64,000 nucleotides of DNA from Octopus bimaculoides (lineage: Eukaryota). Positions 13,828 to 27,380 of this stretch are shown here, in pieces. The DNA lies in contig NC_068984.1 of NCBI RefSeq assembly GCF_001194135.2, forward strand, positions 33,946,993 to 34,010,992, given 5' to 3'. The translations under genes and the position numbers were made by a program. Position 1 is the first letter of the stretch; the number at the start of each line of letters is the position of its first letter. A model generated the notes under the pieces. It ran no database searches. It was not told the origin of the DNA and saw only the letters and a list, made by a program, of their open reading frames with translations.

Positions 13828-14454
13828 TCACATAATAATAATAAATTATTTTTTCTGCCCCTTTTCATGTCTAGCATATAATGTTCACTTCTCCTCTGCT
13901 AACATGATTGGAAGCAAGAAATCACAACAGTGTGACTGAGGATATCAGGTCAATATCCACAAAAACCAGCAAAACCACAGCACATTCTCATGGAGGAGGG
14001 AGAGTTTTTTCTATTTGGATGTCTTACAGGATGAAAAGCAAAATTTTTCAAAGAACAGATGAACTTAGGAGAGTCAACAACTACACAAATAGCAGTTTTT
14101 TTAATAGTATTGCTGCTGCTGATGCCACTTTCAGTTCATGAGAGTTCCAATAATGATAATGTGAAGCCTGAGACTAAAAATAGTAGGGGGTCATCCTTTC
14201 AGGTCTATGTATTCTACAAGAGAATGAGGGTGTTTTAGCCTTGGCTGGCCTAGCAATACTCTAGAGAAAGTGTCACAACACTTCTGCTTGTGACATCTTA
14301 ATACCATAGTCATTTTTATGAGTGTAATGCCAAATAAAAAGTGTAATCACCACAGTGTTCAAGAAACTGGATCTCCAAGTAAAGGTCTGTTGCACAGCAA
14401 GTGTTCCACAAAGTAGAAGAATGCACCTGGTTACTATCCAACTGCTGCTGCAAA

Positions 14455-15285
14455 GATTAGGAGAAGATGGGTCTCAAAATGATATTACGACTCTGATGGA
14501 ATGTTATTACAGAAGTGAGCCTAGCAAAATAGGATACAGGAAACTAATGTTTAAAATATGGATCTCAAAACAAAGACTTCAAGGCCAGGAAAATTGAAGC
14601 ATAAAACGACAGTGGCTATTCCAGCTGAAATGGGAAAAACATGGTACATAGAATAAGAGAAAGAAGAAGAAATTGGACAAGAAATATTATTTAGAGAGTG
14701 CAATAAATAATAGCCAAGATAAACACATATTTTATTTTATGAAGGAAAGGAACTTATTACAGTGGCTAATTAGACACAAACTAGTGACAGAAAGAAACTA
14801 TCACCTTTGATAGGAATTGTAAAAAAAATTTACATAAAATAGTATAGGAGCTGGATGGCCAGTTAAAGAAAATCTGATAAAAATATAAATGATCCAAATG
14901 ACCACATATATAGCACAGTTTCTGTTGCTGTGGAAATTCTTAGGGTTAATAATCCAGGAAAAGCAAGTGACAAAGAGCCATGATGGAAATGGAGACTTGA
15001 AAATCATGTTGAACAGCTCAATAGAGATTTTAGAAGGATATATGCATTAACTGGAAAGAAGCTGTTAAAGGAAAGACATAGAAATGAGCTCTAAAGAAAG
15101 GACATTAAAAAACAGATAGCACATACCTAAAGAAGAGTTAAGACAAAAAAGCTAAGGCAATAGCAGGGTAAAAAATTAGATTCAAACAAAGAATAAACCA
15201 GTTTTAGCAGAACAGGTTCTTCAGCAACAATGAAAGAAAATATTATCAACAGCTGAACAACAAAAATTAGCAACAAGGGAACAAT
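14455..15285 (+). mobile_element. R4/Dong-clade non-LTR retrotransposon ORF N-terminal fragment (disrupted)
   Basis: RRRW/SQNDITTLMECYYRSEPSKIGYRKLMFKIW..KQRLQGQ; KEP*WKWRLENHVEQLNRD; EELRQK..RINQF*QNRFFSNNERKYYQQL; recalled R4-clade motifs. Confidence 0.65.
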
Positions 15286-15351
15286 GTGCTAAATGCTTAA
15301 GCAGCAAGGAGCTTTTGGTCAGATATTTGGAATGCAGAAATTCTATATAAC

Positions 15352-15735
15352 ATGCATGGTGGTGTGGTAAGAAGCCTACTTCCCAACCACATGGCTCCAG
15401 GTTCAGTCCTACTGCATGGCACCTTGGGCAAGCATATTTTACTTATAGTTTCAGGCCGACCAAAGCCTTGTGAGTGGATTTGGTATACAGAAACTGAAAG
15501 AAGCTCATCCTCTGTGTGTGTCTGTCTGTCTGTATTTGTCTCTCTGCCATCACTTGACAATTGACACTGGTATGTTTATGTCCCTATAATTTATCAGTTC
15601 AACAAAAGGGACCGATAGAATAAGTACTAGGCTTACAAAGAATAAGTCCTGGGGTCGATTTCTTTAACTAAATCCCTTTAAGGTACGGCCAACATGGCTG
15701 CTGTCAAATGACTGAAACAAGTAAAAGAATAAAAG
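15352..15735 (+). mobile_element. Family A SINE, full length
   Basis: tgtggtaagaagcctacttcccaaccacatgg..GGTTCAGTCC..ccttgggcaag (CORE-like)..gaataagtcctggggtcgat..tgactgaaacaagtaaaagaataaaag. Confidence 0.9.
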
Positions 15736-16448
15736 AACAGAGAAATTTTGGTTATGAAAATTTGAAAGTGAAATGGAAAACAGATCAGAAGAAGAGGATG
15801 CTCATGTGACAGATGAGAAAGTGAAAGAAAGAAATAAAAAGAGTGTTAAACTATCGACAAAGTGTGAGAATCATCCACCTGCCTACAGAAGTGCAAGGGT
15901 CAGAGAACTCTATAACTGATTGCCTTTTGCTCAGCTCACCTTTTACAAACTAAGCATTCAAAAAATGGTTTGTGATCGTTTTCGTTAAGCAAGATCTAAT
16001 TGACTTCTTCCCTTTTTTGATAATGTTATCAAATGATGGATTATTGCTTAGTTTTATAATTTTCCTGTATGACTTCTATCATGCAGGTGCAAATGTCCAA
16101 AACTCTGCCTGTACATTTTGATTAATTGTTTAGTGGCTTATTGGTTCACTTTAGTGCAAAGGCTACCAGTAGTTCATAATCCTGCTGCTTCCGTGGTAAT
16201 CCTCTTACAATGTGTAAATATTGCAAATATCAAACCTCTATAATAAATCTAAAACAGTCAAAGAACAGAACTTCCCTCAACCCCATATAATGAAGTTGAT
16301 GCTCAAAGTCCTGAGGTTCTTTAGCATTTAAATGGAATCAAAAATGGATTTGTTTTCATGCAGTATTCCTTGAAACAGTATCTTCTAAGCAGAGTTCTGT
16401 CATAAAATGTCTTTCTATATTCAACAACAACCTTCTTAACCTTTAATA

Positions 16449-16765
16449 CTTTTTTTTATCTTTTATCTTTTAATTGTTTCTGCCTTTGGACTGTGGCTGT
16501 GTTGGAGTACCACATTGATGAGTTTAATGAAACAAATCAACCCCAGTCCTTATTTTTATGCCCAGTACTTATTCTATCCATTGCATTCTGCTGAAGCAAA
16601 CCAACACCAGTTGACAATCAGTGAGGTGAGGGACGAAGAGGAACAAAGTCTACATACATACCAACCAAATCCATTCACAAAGCTTTGGTCAACTCAGAGC
16701 AGTAGTGGAAAATATCTACCTAAAGTGGCATGCATAGTGGGACTGAATCAGAGGCCACATGGTGT
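16449..16765 (-). mobile_element. Family A SINE, decayed
   Basis: caaatcaaccccag..cccagtacttattcta..aaatccattcacaaagctttggtc..gggactgaat. Confidence 0.65.
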
Positions 16766-18254
16766 CATGCATAGTGGGACTTGTCCCATCTCTCACAGAA
16801 ATCCTATGGTCTATTGTATTTTATATCACCGTACAACCTAAACTCACTGAGGTTCACATTGTCCTTCAAACTTCCAAGGTTAATAAAATAAGCATTAGTA
16901 ATATACCTTTAGCACTCAGGTTACTCTGTTGAATATAATGCTTATTTATCTGCATTGCTTTAAATTAATCATTCATTATCTTATTCTTTGTGACTCCCAT
17001 GATATGATTTTTCATTTTAGAATGACGTAGTGGGATAAATGTGGAAGTCCAAATCTGGTCAGTTTGAACATAAAACTGGAAGAACATTTGGGCCTGACAG
17101 GGCAAGTTTAAATGCTAAAGGATTAAATGACTCTGTCCACTCTGATTTATATGACATTGGCACAAAGTTTCATTTTCCTTTTTTAATTTTTAGTCAAGAG
17201 AGAAGGCCGTTCTTTATAAAGTTTCTGTGACTAATCCAAGAAAGAAAATATTTCCTCTAATAGGAGCCTAAGCTCAAATACTTTCAACAGTGTGAACCCT
17301 TTTACAAAGTAATAGTTTGTACCATTCCATATAGTGTAGGTTACAATCTTGCTAGGATCAACTACAATTATTTACCTTTCAGGTACAACAAAATAAGAAG
17401 CAACTATATATTACAGTTGGTTCATTTGATGATCTACTCTACCGCAAAACGTTGTAGCAGTCTAAATTGAGAAACCACTGATAATGATTTAGGTGGAAAT
17501 AAGAATTAATTTTTAATGATCAAAATTTTATCAAATTCCTGTTATCAAAGATGTTTACTGCCTTATTATAAAAAATGCTAAGGGTCTGCACAGTAAAGAG
17601 ACTAGTTGGAAAAGATACTAGATGGCAACAGTAGGTTTTGATCTGCCATCCATATATTACATTTGCATTTTAAACAAAAGCTATTTTCCTTCTTAGTCTT
17701 TCCCTCACTCCTTCTTCGCTCTCTCTCTCTCTCTCTCTCTCATAAATAATTGATTTTGTTGATCTAGTAATCTTCAAGCCACAATATTCAACATTTTTAA
17801 TAGTAAATTTATGTTGTCCTTAGTGTTGGGGTTCTTCAGCAGAGTACACTTCTTTAAAAGTATTGGGGATGTTATGTCTATTACCATATTATCTGATAAG
17901 TCTACCTCTATTTTTAAGTAAACAGCTATGATTTAAGGAATATCTATCTGTAATTTATAGGAGATCATCATAGATAACTATATATAGATAAGCATTATTT
18001 TATCGTGTATATCCTCATTTTACAACAGGTGTTGTTGTTGGCCATAGACCTCACTGGGAGCAAAGTAATCACTGCCTCTCATTTTATCTAGAACTCAAAG
18101 ACCCCAAATTTTCCAGTGGACCCTAGGTGATAACAGCAATAACAAACTTTGAAAGAAAACAACATTCAAAGTTTGCTACAGGTGAAAAACAGAAAAATGA
18201 CAGGCAATCTTCTTAAACAGGATTTGAATTCAAACATGGAGTGCCAAAATTGAT

Positions 18255-18462
18255 TTTATATTTTGGTACAAGGCCAGCAATTTCAGGGGAGTGGGTAAGT
18301 TAATTACATTGACCTCAGTGTCCAACTGGTACTTATTTTATCAACCCCCAAAAGGATGAAAGACAAATTTGACCTCAACAGAATTTGAACTTAGAACATG
18401 AGATTCCACTAAGCATTTTTCCCCATGTACCAACAATTCTACCAGCTCAACGCCTTCGCCAA
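18255..18462 (-). mobile_element. Family B SINE
   Basis: aggccagcaatttcagggg..actggtacttattttatcaacccc..aaggatgaaag..gaatttgaact..ctaagcatttt..ccagctc. Confidence 0.8.
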
Positions 18463-19106
18463 CACCTGAATACTGTGTGTCATTGTTGTTATGTAATGTG
18501 CTTTTACTCTGCTATACTTAATCTTGGCAATATATATTTATTCGTCCTTACAAGTGTTTCTTTTTTTTTTTTCTTTCTGACAGGCTTTAGAGTACAACAC
18601 ATGTATATATGACCTTCAATAGTTTACCTGGTCGAGATGTAAACTAACCAGAATATTATATTTTGGCAGTGTGTCTGACTAACTTTTGGCTGGTTTCTAT
18701 AAATAACTGCAGACTTCCATTGTTTGCTTAGAAATTGGTTAGCCAAAATGTAAATAAAAAAACAGAGGTGAGAAGAATAAACAAAGCTATGATGACATGG
18801 CTCAGAGCAAATCAAGAAACAAAGTTTGATTAACTAGTCATAGAAATAAGAAGAGCGACAACTTGAGATGGTCTATTGCTCAAATACATACAACATATGC
18901 CAATACTGACAAAATTATTTCTATGAATATATATATATTATTATATATTATTATGTCTTGTGCCATGATGTGAGAGCATGTTTTCAACTTTAGAGCAAGT
19001 GTGTACATATATATAAAGCAATAAAAAGAGTATGGATGCATGAGAGTATGTGTGCACACATGTGTGTATATAAATGTATATACAGTCTGTTAAAGTCTGT
19101 CATACC

Positions 19107-19146
19107 GGCCATAACGAAGGGAAATAGCCCTGAAACTCGAGTCGCC
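19107..19146 (+). ncRNA. Hammerhead-like motif (degenerate core)
   Basis: GGC-CATAACGA-AGGG(aaatag)CCCT-GAAA-CTCGAG-TC-GCC: stems I and II pair, palindromic stem III ACTCGAGT, GUC site; core departs from CUGANGA. Confidence 0.4.
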
Positions 19147-19601
19147 TTTATATATATATATTTATATTTATATATTTATATATTTGATCCTTTATATTGA
19201 ACACTCAATATTTCATCTACATTCAATACTTTCTTTCATGGTGCCATCCATTTTTATTTTATTTTATATTGTATATTGTANNNNNNNNNNNNNNNNNNNN
19301 NNNNNNNNNNNNNNNNNNNNNNNNNNNNNNNNNNNNNNNNNNNNNNNNNNNNNNNNNNNNNNNNNNNNNNNNNNNNNNNNNNNNNNNNNNNNNNNNNNNN
19401 NNNNNNNNNNNNNNNNNNNNNNNNNNNNNNNNNNNNNNNNNNNNNNNNNNNNNNNNNNNNNNNNNNNNNNNNNNNNNNNNNNNNNNNNNNNNNNNNNNNN
19501 NNNNNNNNNNNNNNNNNNNNNNNNNNNNNNNNNNNNNNNNNNNNNNNNNNNNNNNNNNNNNNNNNNNNNNNNNNNNNNNNNNNNNNNNNNNNNNNNNNNN
19601 N

Positions 19602-19645
<44 letters not shown>

Positions 19646-19724
19646 GCACACACACACACCCATATATATATACATATAGTCACATATGCATACATACAAA
19701 CCTATCTAATACATAAATGGCAAT

Positions 19725-19830
19725 TTCTGTCTGTCTGTCTGTCTGTTACCATCTTAGTGCCTAAACCAGCAAACCAATATTCCCAAAACTTTGCCAACAT
19801 GTTACTCTAACATCCAGTTCAATAATAGGC
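19725..19830 (+). mobile_element. Possible Helentron-associated (HINE/DINE-1-like) remnant
   Basis: (CTGT)n followed by ..ctaaaccagcaaaccaat..caaaactttg; pattern resemblance only. Confidence 0.25.
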
Positions 19831-20128
19831 TAATTAGATTTTAATAAAAAATCTATAGTGTGCCCCCCAGCAGCATTGGGAGATTTATATGATAAAATGA
19901 GAAGCTAGCAAAAAGTATATAGGGTTACCTATATTAATGAAAGCAAGAACAGTGATGACAATATAGTAATACAGTTGTCATAGGCACTCCACACTGTATA
20001 CATAATTTTGTAAATGCATAGATACAACACACACACACAGAAAGGTGGGTGTGAGGAATACATAGCTTAAAGAGAAAGGGGGTAGGTGACTTTTCTGCTG
20101 TCAATCACAAAGAAATACTCACACACAG

Positions 20129-20163
<35 letters not shown>

Positions 20164-20860
20164 TATATACATACATCTATACATATATACATGCATACAT
20201 ATCTCTACCATACACCATTTTAAACTTGTGATTACTTGTGTGTATGTTTGTAAATGTGTATGTGCGTGTGTGTGTTATATCTTATAACTGTCTGTCTCTC
20301 TACTTTTGTAGTGTCTTCCCTGTTGCTGTCATATATTGTGAGATTTCAAAATTGCATCAAAATTTTCAAATTTCAATATATTGAAATAATTTCCCACTTT
20401 AAATCTGATTGTTTATTTATTTGTTCCAGAAAATTTACAGAAAAATATTACTGAGGTTTAAAATTTAATTAATTTTACCTAATCAGAAAACAAGATTGAG
20501 AAGCTGGCATTTTCTGCATGATAGCTATCTATCATGAAATGAAAGCAAAATCATTAGGAGGAGAAATTTTTATTAAAAAAACCAAAACAAAGCATTGCGA
20601 TGGCCAAAGTTGTAAGAACTTCTGAAGTTTTAATGAATAAAGTCATGTGAAACAGTTGGACAGACATGTAAATAATTTAAAAAGGAAATAACTCCTCAAC
20701 GGTGTTTTTTGATGAACAATTGCACAAGTCTGTCTTGATCAAGAGGCCTGTATGCCGAGAAAGGTATGCTCTGACATGGAATAAATAAAAAATTACATAG
20801 GACATCCTATTGTAAAAATTGCCTGGCAACGACAGAATATTCAGCTAGTATATATATAAA

Positions 20861-21172
20861 TCATCATCATCATCATTGTTTAACGTCTGCCTTCCATGCT
20901 GGCATGGGTTGGATGATTTGAGAGTAGCAGACCAGGCAGAAGACTGCACCAGACTACTGTATCTACTTGGGTATAGTTTTTACAGGATGTTCTTCTTAAT
21001 GCCAACCCTCACCCCCCAGCAGAGTGGACAGAGTGCTTTATGCATGGCACGAGCACAGGCAAGGTCAGTGTTGGGATGGTTTTTTACAGCTGTATGACCT
21101 TCCAAATGCCAACCACTTTACACTGTGGACTGGATGCTTTTTACATGGCGCCAGCACTGGCAGGGTCACTAC
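20861..21172 (-). mobile_element. RTE-type 3' tail
   Basis: (CAT)n gtttaacgtctgccttccatgctggcatgggttgga..ctggatgc..acatggcgccagcac. Confidence 0.8.
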
Positions 21173-21237
<65 letters not shown>

Positions 21238-21239
<2 letters not shown>

Positions 21240-21290
21240 TGCAAGAGTGGGTGTGTGGTAAGTAGCTTGCCTACCAACCACATGGTTCTG
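21238..21290 (+). mobile_element. Family A SINE head only
   Basis: agtgggtgtgtggtaagtagcttgcctaccaaccacatggttc. Confidence 0.75.
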
Positions 21291-21369
21291 TAACAAAAGC
21301 AAAATAGATATTGTAATTATACAATTCTAGATTCCAGAAGAGAGTTAGTCACCTGTATTTAGTGATTCT

Positions 21370-22030
21370 TATTACAATGTTAAAGTTGTATATTTGCCAC
21401 CCAATATAACAGTATTGCCACCACAGAGTTGGTGGCAAGAATAACAATATTTCAAGTTGAAGACATTCAAAATGTTTGTCCAGGCTCTTGAAAAGCAACA
21501 GGAGAAAATGCAATCATTCATACAGATTTTTAGAACTTTATCAAAGAATGTATTACTAAATATTTAGTTATGTACAGAATGAAGTAATAGCTAGCAACAT
21601 GAGAGATGTCTGGAAGAATATAATTCTTTGTGTAAATAATTTTTATGAATTAGCGGTGAAGTTCATAGCAGAAGTCACTTAACTTAGTTAACATATTGCT
21701 ATGTCTAGAATAAATGACAATAATGTCAAAATGTTTCTTGACTTGTAGGTGTTAACTTCAATGATCAAAAGCTTCTAAATTTAGACCAGCAATATACATA
21801 TGATGAGGATGATGGTCAAGATAGAAAAGACGAACCTAAAACTGAAAAATAAGTGAACAAACAAACCAAGTTTGTTTTAGAAACGTTTGAGATGTCTTAG
21901 AATGTTAACGAAGTAATTTTTTTTATTCTCAAATGCAGGATAATGCTAATAATATAGCATGAACGGGATAAACTACCACTATTTTGCAGAAAAAGAATTT
22001 TCAGTTAGGCATTTTAGATCTGTTTTATTG
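21370..22030 (+). mobile_element. pogo/Tigger DNA transposase remnant (DDE_1 C-terminal half)
   Basis: YNVKVVYLPPNIT..FK (cf. IKVVFLPPNTTSLIQPMDQG), then NEVIASNMRDVWK..CV.NF, ..INDNNV..FLD, LLNLDQQYTYDEDD; stops and frameshifts. Confidence 0.7.
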
Positions 22031-23326
22031 ATACTGGACTCTGAACTAGATGTAAAAAAATAGGAAAAGTGATCAATTGCAGATTTAATATAAAGTGATA
22101 CTGACTCACATATTTAAGTAATAAAAGGATGTGTGATTAGTTTCATTGTTTATAGCATAACTAATGGTAGTGTTAAATGCTTCAATTGGTGAGAAAATAT
22201 TCAGTGTTAACTAACATTTGCTCTCACATTGTAACCAAGAGGAAGAGATCAGTATTTCAGAATTCTGGCTGCTATCATCAGTTTTTATTCTTGTTATCTG
22301 GTTCTGAAGAAGCAAGCTTACTATTTAGAAATGTTCATAAAATGCCATGGTGTATTCATAGTCTTTTTTTACCTTCATTTTTTCATTTGCAAAGCCTGCT
22401 ATAAATATTAATCTAAACTTCCTTATATCATAATTTACTGTTTCAGAAAAAGGAAGGACACATTTTATTATGTAAGCCTAGGTACACCATATGTGCTGAA
22501 ATGATGAAATTTTAATCACGGATCTGTTATATCAGGCTGACAAGAAGTTAAACAAATAGCTAATATTTTTTCTTTTACTCATTGTGTTTCAATGTACTTG
22601 TACACTCAGTTTAATAAATTCAAATGTATTGCTAAAATAAATTCATATTTCAAAATTAAAATATGCATATTTATTCATGCACACTTACATACAGAGGCAT
22701 CAAAACCAGCACACACACACACACACAGTCATTTAATTATACAGACATTTCTATTCTTCTGTATAATCCTTTTTCCATGGAAGCATGATGGAACAATGAC
22801 ATATTTTACCCAATAATTAATTACTCAATGAACCATACAATACCTGCTGCGTCTGTTGACAGCTTGGGAAACGAATGCAAACCCAGTTATAAACACCAGT
22901 ATAATTTCTTCATGCATTTAATTGCTGAAACAGTTTCGTATGAAATATATACAACAATGGGAAAAGTGGTACGTGATAGATTAAAACAGAAGATATATAA
23001 ACTGAATTTTTCAGCCATGAGTCCAGCAAATAAATTCTATGAAAAACTGACAGTGAAAAGAATATATATTTGTGAAAATATAAATATGTAGAGAATGGAA
23101 TAGACAGTCATTATATCTTTCACAATATTGCATTTACTATAACTAATTATGTAAGTGAAATTTACAGTGAGGTGAAAGCTGTTTGGTGCTAAAATCCAAG
23201 TTAACAGCATATGATCAGAAAATAGACAGCTATCATCAGATCTAATAGTTAAAGGTGTGTGTGTGTGTGTGTGTGTGAACACACAGATGAGATATTACCT
23301 ACAACCCATATCTGAGCAGCCATCCA

Positions 23327-23363
23327 GTCACTCCACTCAGATTTATAATCTGAGTGGAGTGAC
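23327..23363. repeat. Perfect 17-bp inverted repeat with 3-nt spacer
   Basis: gtcactccactcagatt-tat-aatctgagtggagtgac. Confidence 0.95.
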
Positions 23364-23989
23364 AAGTAATTTTTGTTCCACCAATAACCACAGATATTTC
23401 GAATATCTCTTTTAAATACCAAATTAATTTTACTTTCAGGTACATTTTACTTATATGTCCTTGTAAGAGCATAGACCCTTAAATATGCTAAAACAGAGAT
23501 GATTTGTATCTAACAATTAATTCAGGAAAACTATACATCAGCATGTCCCACTTTTCATTATATTCATTGACTTTCTAAAGGATTTAAACAATAGAGGAAG
23601 ACACGGAGGAATTATGAACCTTGCCTAAAAGATATGAATATCCAAAAAAATCTTTGGGTATAGCCAATTAGTTTCATGATAATATATCTGCGAAATTCTC
23701 TTTTGTGTTTGACAGTTTGGTCCTATATCTACACAGCTATGGAGTTAAACAGTGCTTTTTTTCTTGCTTTATTTCTGAGTGCCATTCCTGAAAGAGTAGC
23801 AAACAAATCACAGGTAGAGTGTATATTTGAACAATAGTGGATGGCATGTTGTTGCATGTATATTTAGGCTAAGATTATTCGGAAGTATCATAATGTGTGT
23901 ATTCAGGAACTTCTTTGCACTAATGATTCAGTGACAGTGGCCTATTCCTAGAAAATTCCAGAGAATGAGACACTATTTTGAATGCACAA

Positions 23990-24977
23990 CATAGACTCCA
24001 TCAAATGCTGGAGTAGGGAGCTAGAATTAGTCGATATCTTCCATTACATAGGTGACCAAGTCAGTGGTGGAAGTGGATGGTCTGAGAGCATAGCTGCTAG
24101 AAAGAGAATAAGCTGGGCAAATTTCAGAGAGCTCTTACCACTGTTGGTACCTAAAGGCCTCTTCTTCAGAGTGAAAGGCTTATTGTATTAGGCCTGAGTG
24201 CAAACAGCCATGCTACACAACAGTGAAACATGGGCTGTGACAACCAAGGACATGCATACGCTTCAAAGAAATGATGCTAGTATGCTTCACTGGATGTGTA
24301 ATGTCAGTGTGCATGTACGACAGAGTGTAAGCATCTTGAGAGAAAAGTTGGGCATAAGAAGCATCATATGCTGTGTGCAAGAGAGATGACTGCATTAGTA
24401 CAGTCATGTGATGCATATGGACGAGGACAGCTGTGTAAAGAAATGACAGTTTCTAATTGAGGAAGGAACTTGTGGAAGAGGTAGACCCAGGAAGACATGG
24501 GGCAAGATGGAGAAGCATGATCTTTGAATGGAGGCAATGACAAGTGACCAAAACCTTTAGTGATATACCATGCTTTAGCGATATGCCATGCTTAAGAAGA
24601 CCTGTGAAACGAAGTGAAATCATTGTCATGGCCAATTCTGGTGTTGTGTAATTAGCACCCGTGCTGGTGGTACATAAAATGCAACCATCGAACATTGGGC
24701 CTCACAAAGGCAATAAGTGACTGAGATCTTTGGTGAGAAGCTGTGCTGGAAAACACTGATCAAATCATAGTCATGGCCAATGCCAGTACCACGTAACTGA
24801 CACCCATCCCAGTGGCATGTAAAAAACCTGCATTTCACTCTTAGAGTGGTTTGTGTTAGGAACGGCATCCAGCCATAGAAACCATGCCAAATCAGACTGG
24901 AACCTTGTGCAGCCTTTCAGTTTACCAGTTCCAATCAAACCGTCTAACCCATGCCAGCATGAAAGCAGACACTATAA

Positions 24978-25026
<49 letters not shown>
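23990..25026 (+). mobile_element. 5'-truncated RTE LINE (RT C-terminus, 3' UTR, (GAT)n tail), disrupted
   Basis: VDIFHYIGDQ..ARKRISWANFRELLPLL..RVKGLLY*A*VQTAMLHNSETWA..MLHWMC..LREKLGI..GRGRPRKTW; ends in a (GAT)n tail. Confidence 0.9.
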
Positions 25027-25030
<4 letters not shown>

Positions 25031-25947
25031 TAGACTTTTTGCCAAAGAATGAATATGAAAAGAGACTGAAGTCTTGTATCTGAATATTCATGGAGTGTTA
25101 GAACATGAACTTTTGATCTTCATGCATGCTATCAATTTCTAGTTGTGAAGAAAATTACACATTTGGACTGTACAATTTCCAACAAAAGTAGCCAAGATAC
25201 AGAGGTGAATCTATAAATACAGTCAGACATAGTCATTTTCAGAAAGCTCAATAATTGATTGTGGAAACAACAATGCATAAAACTGTCAACAGAATATGAA
25301 GTATATCAAGCGATAGTACAATTTCATGTGTGTACCAAGCTGTGACATGTGCACTGTTTCATAGGCTTATCAAAAAGTTAATGTGCTTCCAGTTACAACA
25401 GCTATGATCTATATGTGGCAAGGCTATGTTTCCAACTGTGAGGTTCTGTATGTGTACCTAATACTGAGTGTATCCTGCTGGAATTGCAGGGGTGGTGGGT
25501 GAGATACCTGTTTTATATGTTGTTCTAGTTTCCCTAAGGACAAACTCAATGGTAAGTTGAAATGAAGAAACTATTGACAAGAGCATCCAAATATCCATTT
25601 ATAAAGATATTATCAAACAATATCTTAAAGAGAGAGAGAGGCTTGATTGCAAGTGCATATGAGAAGACAACAATTGACTGCATACAATATTGGGTGGGTT
25701 ATAAAGAAAGGGAGTAAATGATACAGAGTCAAAATGAAGGAAATGGCTAGATGAAAAGAAAAAAAGTTAATACAATATCTATTACAATAGTCCTACCAGC
25801 AATATTCTGCAATCCATGAGAGCAGAGTTATACTAGCATCTCTGGCCTAGAATCTCAAGAAATAACAAAACATCACTGATGAATTTCCTCCACTACATTT
25901 ACAAGAAAAAACAAATACCCCCTCTCCTACTTTCAAGTCATAGATGG

Positions 25948-26032
25948 TTTCATGTGGCTGCCAAGAAGAACCGACACATGCTCACTCATCTTTCATGTGG
26001 CTGCCAAGAAGAACAGACACATGCTCACTCAT
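25948..26032. repeat. Tandem duplication, 43-bp unit x2
   Basis: tttcatgtggctgccaagaagaa(c/a)gacacatgctcactcat twice. Confidence 0.9.
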
Positions 26033-26889
26033 GTACACATAATGCTCACAAACAAGATACATACACACACATAAGCACTCACACGGGCACACACATGCAT
26101 ATGCAAGTAAACTATTTGCAAAAGCCAATAAGCAAACAACTATTTGCTTGTTCAATCTGCTAGTAATAGCAATAAAATATACTTTCAGAGCTGAAAGAGT
26201 TATGTAAACCTAAATAGAGTGTGTCAGCAATAAAATGTCTTAGTCAAGGCTGGTGAACATTTAATCTTAGGTTTGCTGATTCTGAGGGTTGACCGAGGTA
26301 AAATGGTATTTATTTTTTAAAGTTTGTATATAATGTTTTTGTGAAGTTTCTCATATAAACACTTATATGTAAAAGATATACAAAGATAATGTAAATAAAA
26401 TATACCACTATCACCACAAAACACATAAGCACATCCAAGACCTGAATGCTATTTAAACTTCACATTAATTGCTTTCTTTAAAACATTCCAGACAAACAAA
26501 TTTTACATGTTTATGTTTCTATAAAGAACAGTGCCATGCTTGAATGAACAAAAGTAATAACATTTGGGTGTAAGATACATTGACAAATAGGGTTATTGAA
26601 TTAGCTACCATCTGAAACATTACTATCAGACATCTAACCAATCCATGGTAATAGCAGAAAGGACTCTGGAAATCAGTGAGGATTATTTACCAAAAATTTA
26701 GTCATTGAAAAAACATTTTTAATGCAATAAATAATTCTAAATAAAATCATTCACAGTAATATGGAAAATAAACATTGCATATATTTTAAATCTCTTTTTC
26801 CATTTCTTTTTGAGATACTTTTAAATGTATTCACACATACATGCTTCTCCCCCTTTCTCTGTCTCTTATATATATGTACATTATACACA

Positions 26890-26959
<70 letters not shown>

Positions 26960-27212
26960 TAGATAAACAAATGCAGAGAGAGAGAAAGTTGGAGAGACAT
27001 TATGTACCTATATTTCTTGTTTATGAAAATTGCACTGAATATTTTTTAAATATTTTTACCATGATCAATCAATAAATATTCAATCGATATTTATTTCACA
27101 CAAGTGAGATAAACAGAGTCAACTATCTGACTTTTCCCATCAAATGTTGCAATCAAATAGTGATCAAATCTATTCACTTCATGAGAGAGAGGGAGAGAGA
27201 GAAGGAGAGAGA

Positions 27213-27380
27213 GAGAGAAAAAGGAGAAAGACAGAGAAAGAGAGAAAAAGGAGAAAGACAGAGAAAGAGAGAAAAAGGAGAAAGACAGAGAAAGAGAGAA
27301 AAAGGAGAAAGACAGAGAAAGAGAGAAAAAGAAGAAAGACAGAGAAAGAGAGAAAAAGGAGAAAGACAGAGAAAGACAGA
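27213..27380. repeat. 27-bp GA-rich minisatellite, ~6 units
   Basis: gagagaaaaaggagaaagacagagaaa repeated; gives the KREKGERQR ORF. Confidence 0.9.

Noticed and set aside
17021-18650. Cluster of plus-strand acceptor-like sites (17020, ~17392, ~18028, ~18582)
   Set aside because: No combination gave a continuous ORF or a recognisable protein.
22844-23813. Signal-peptide-like short frames (minus MHEEIILVFITGFAFVSQA; plus MELNSAFFLALFLSAI)
   Set aside because: Hydrophobic codons are expected in T-rich DNA; no downstream exons or homology.
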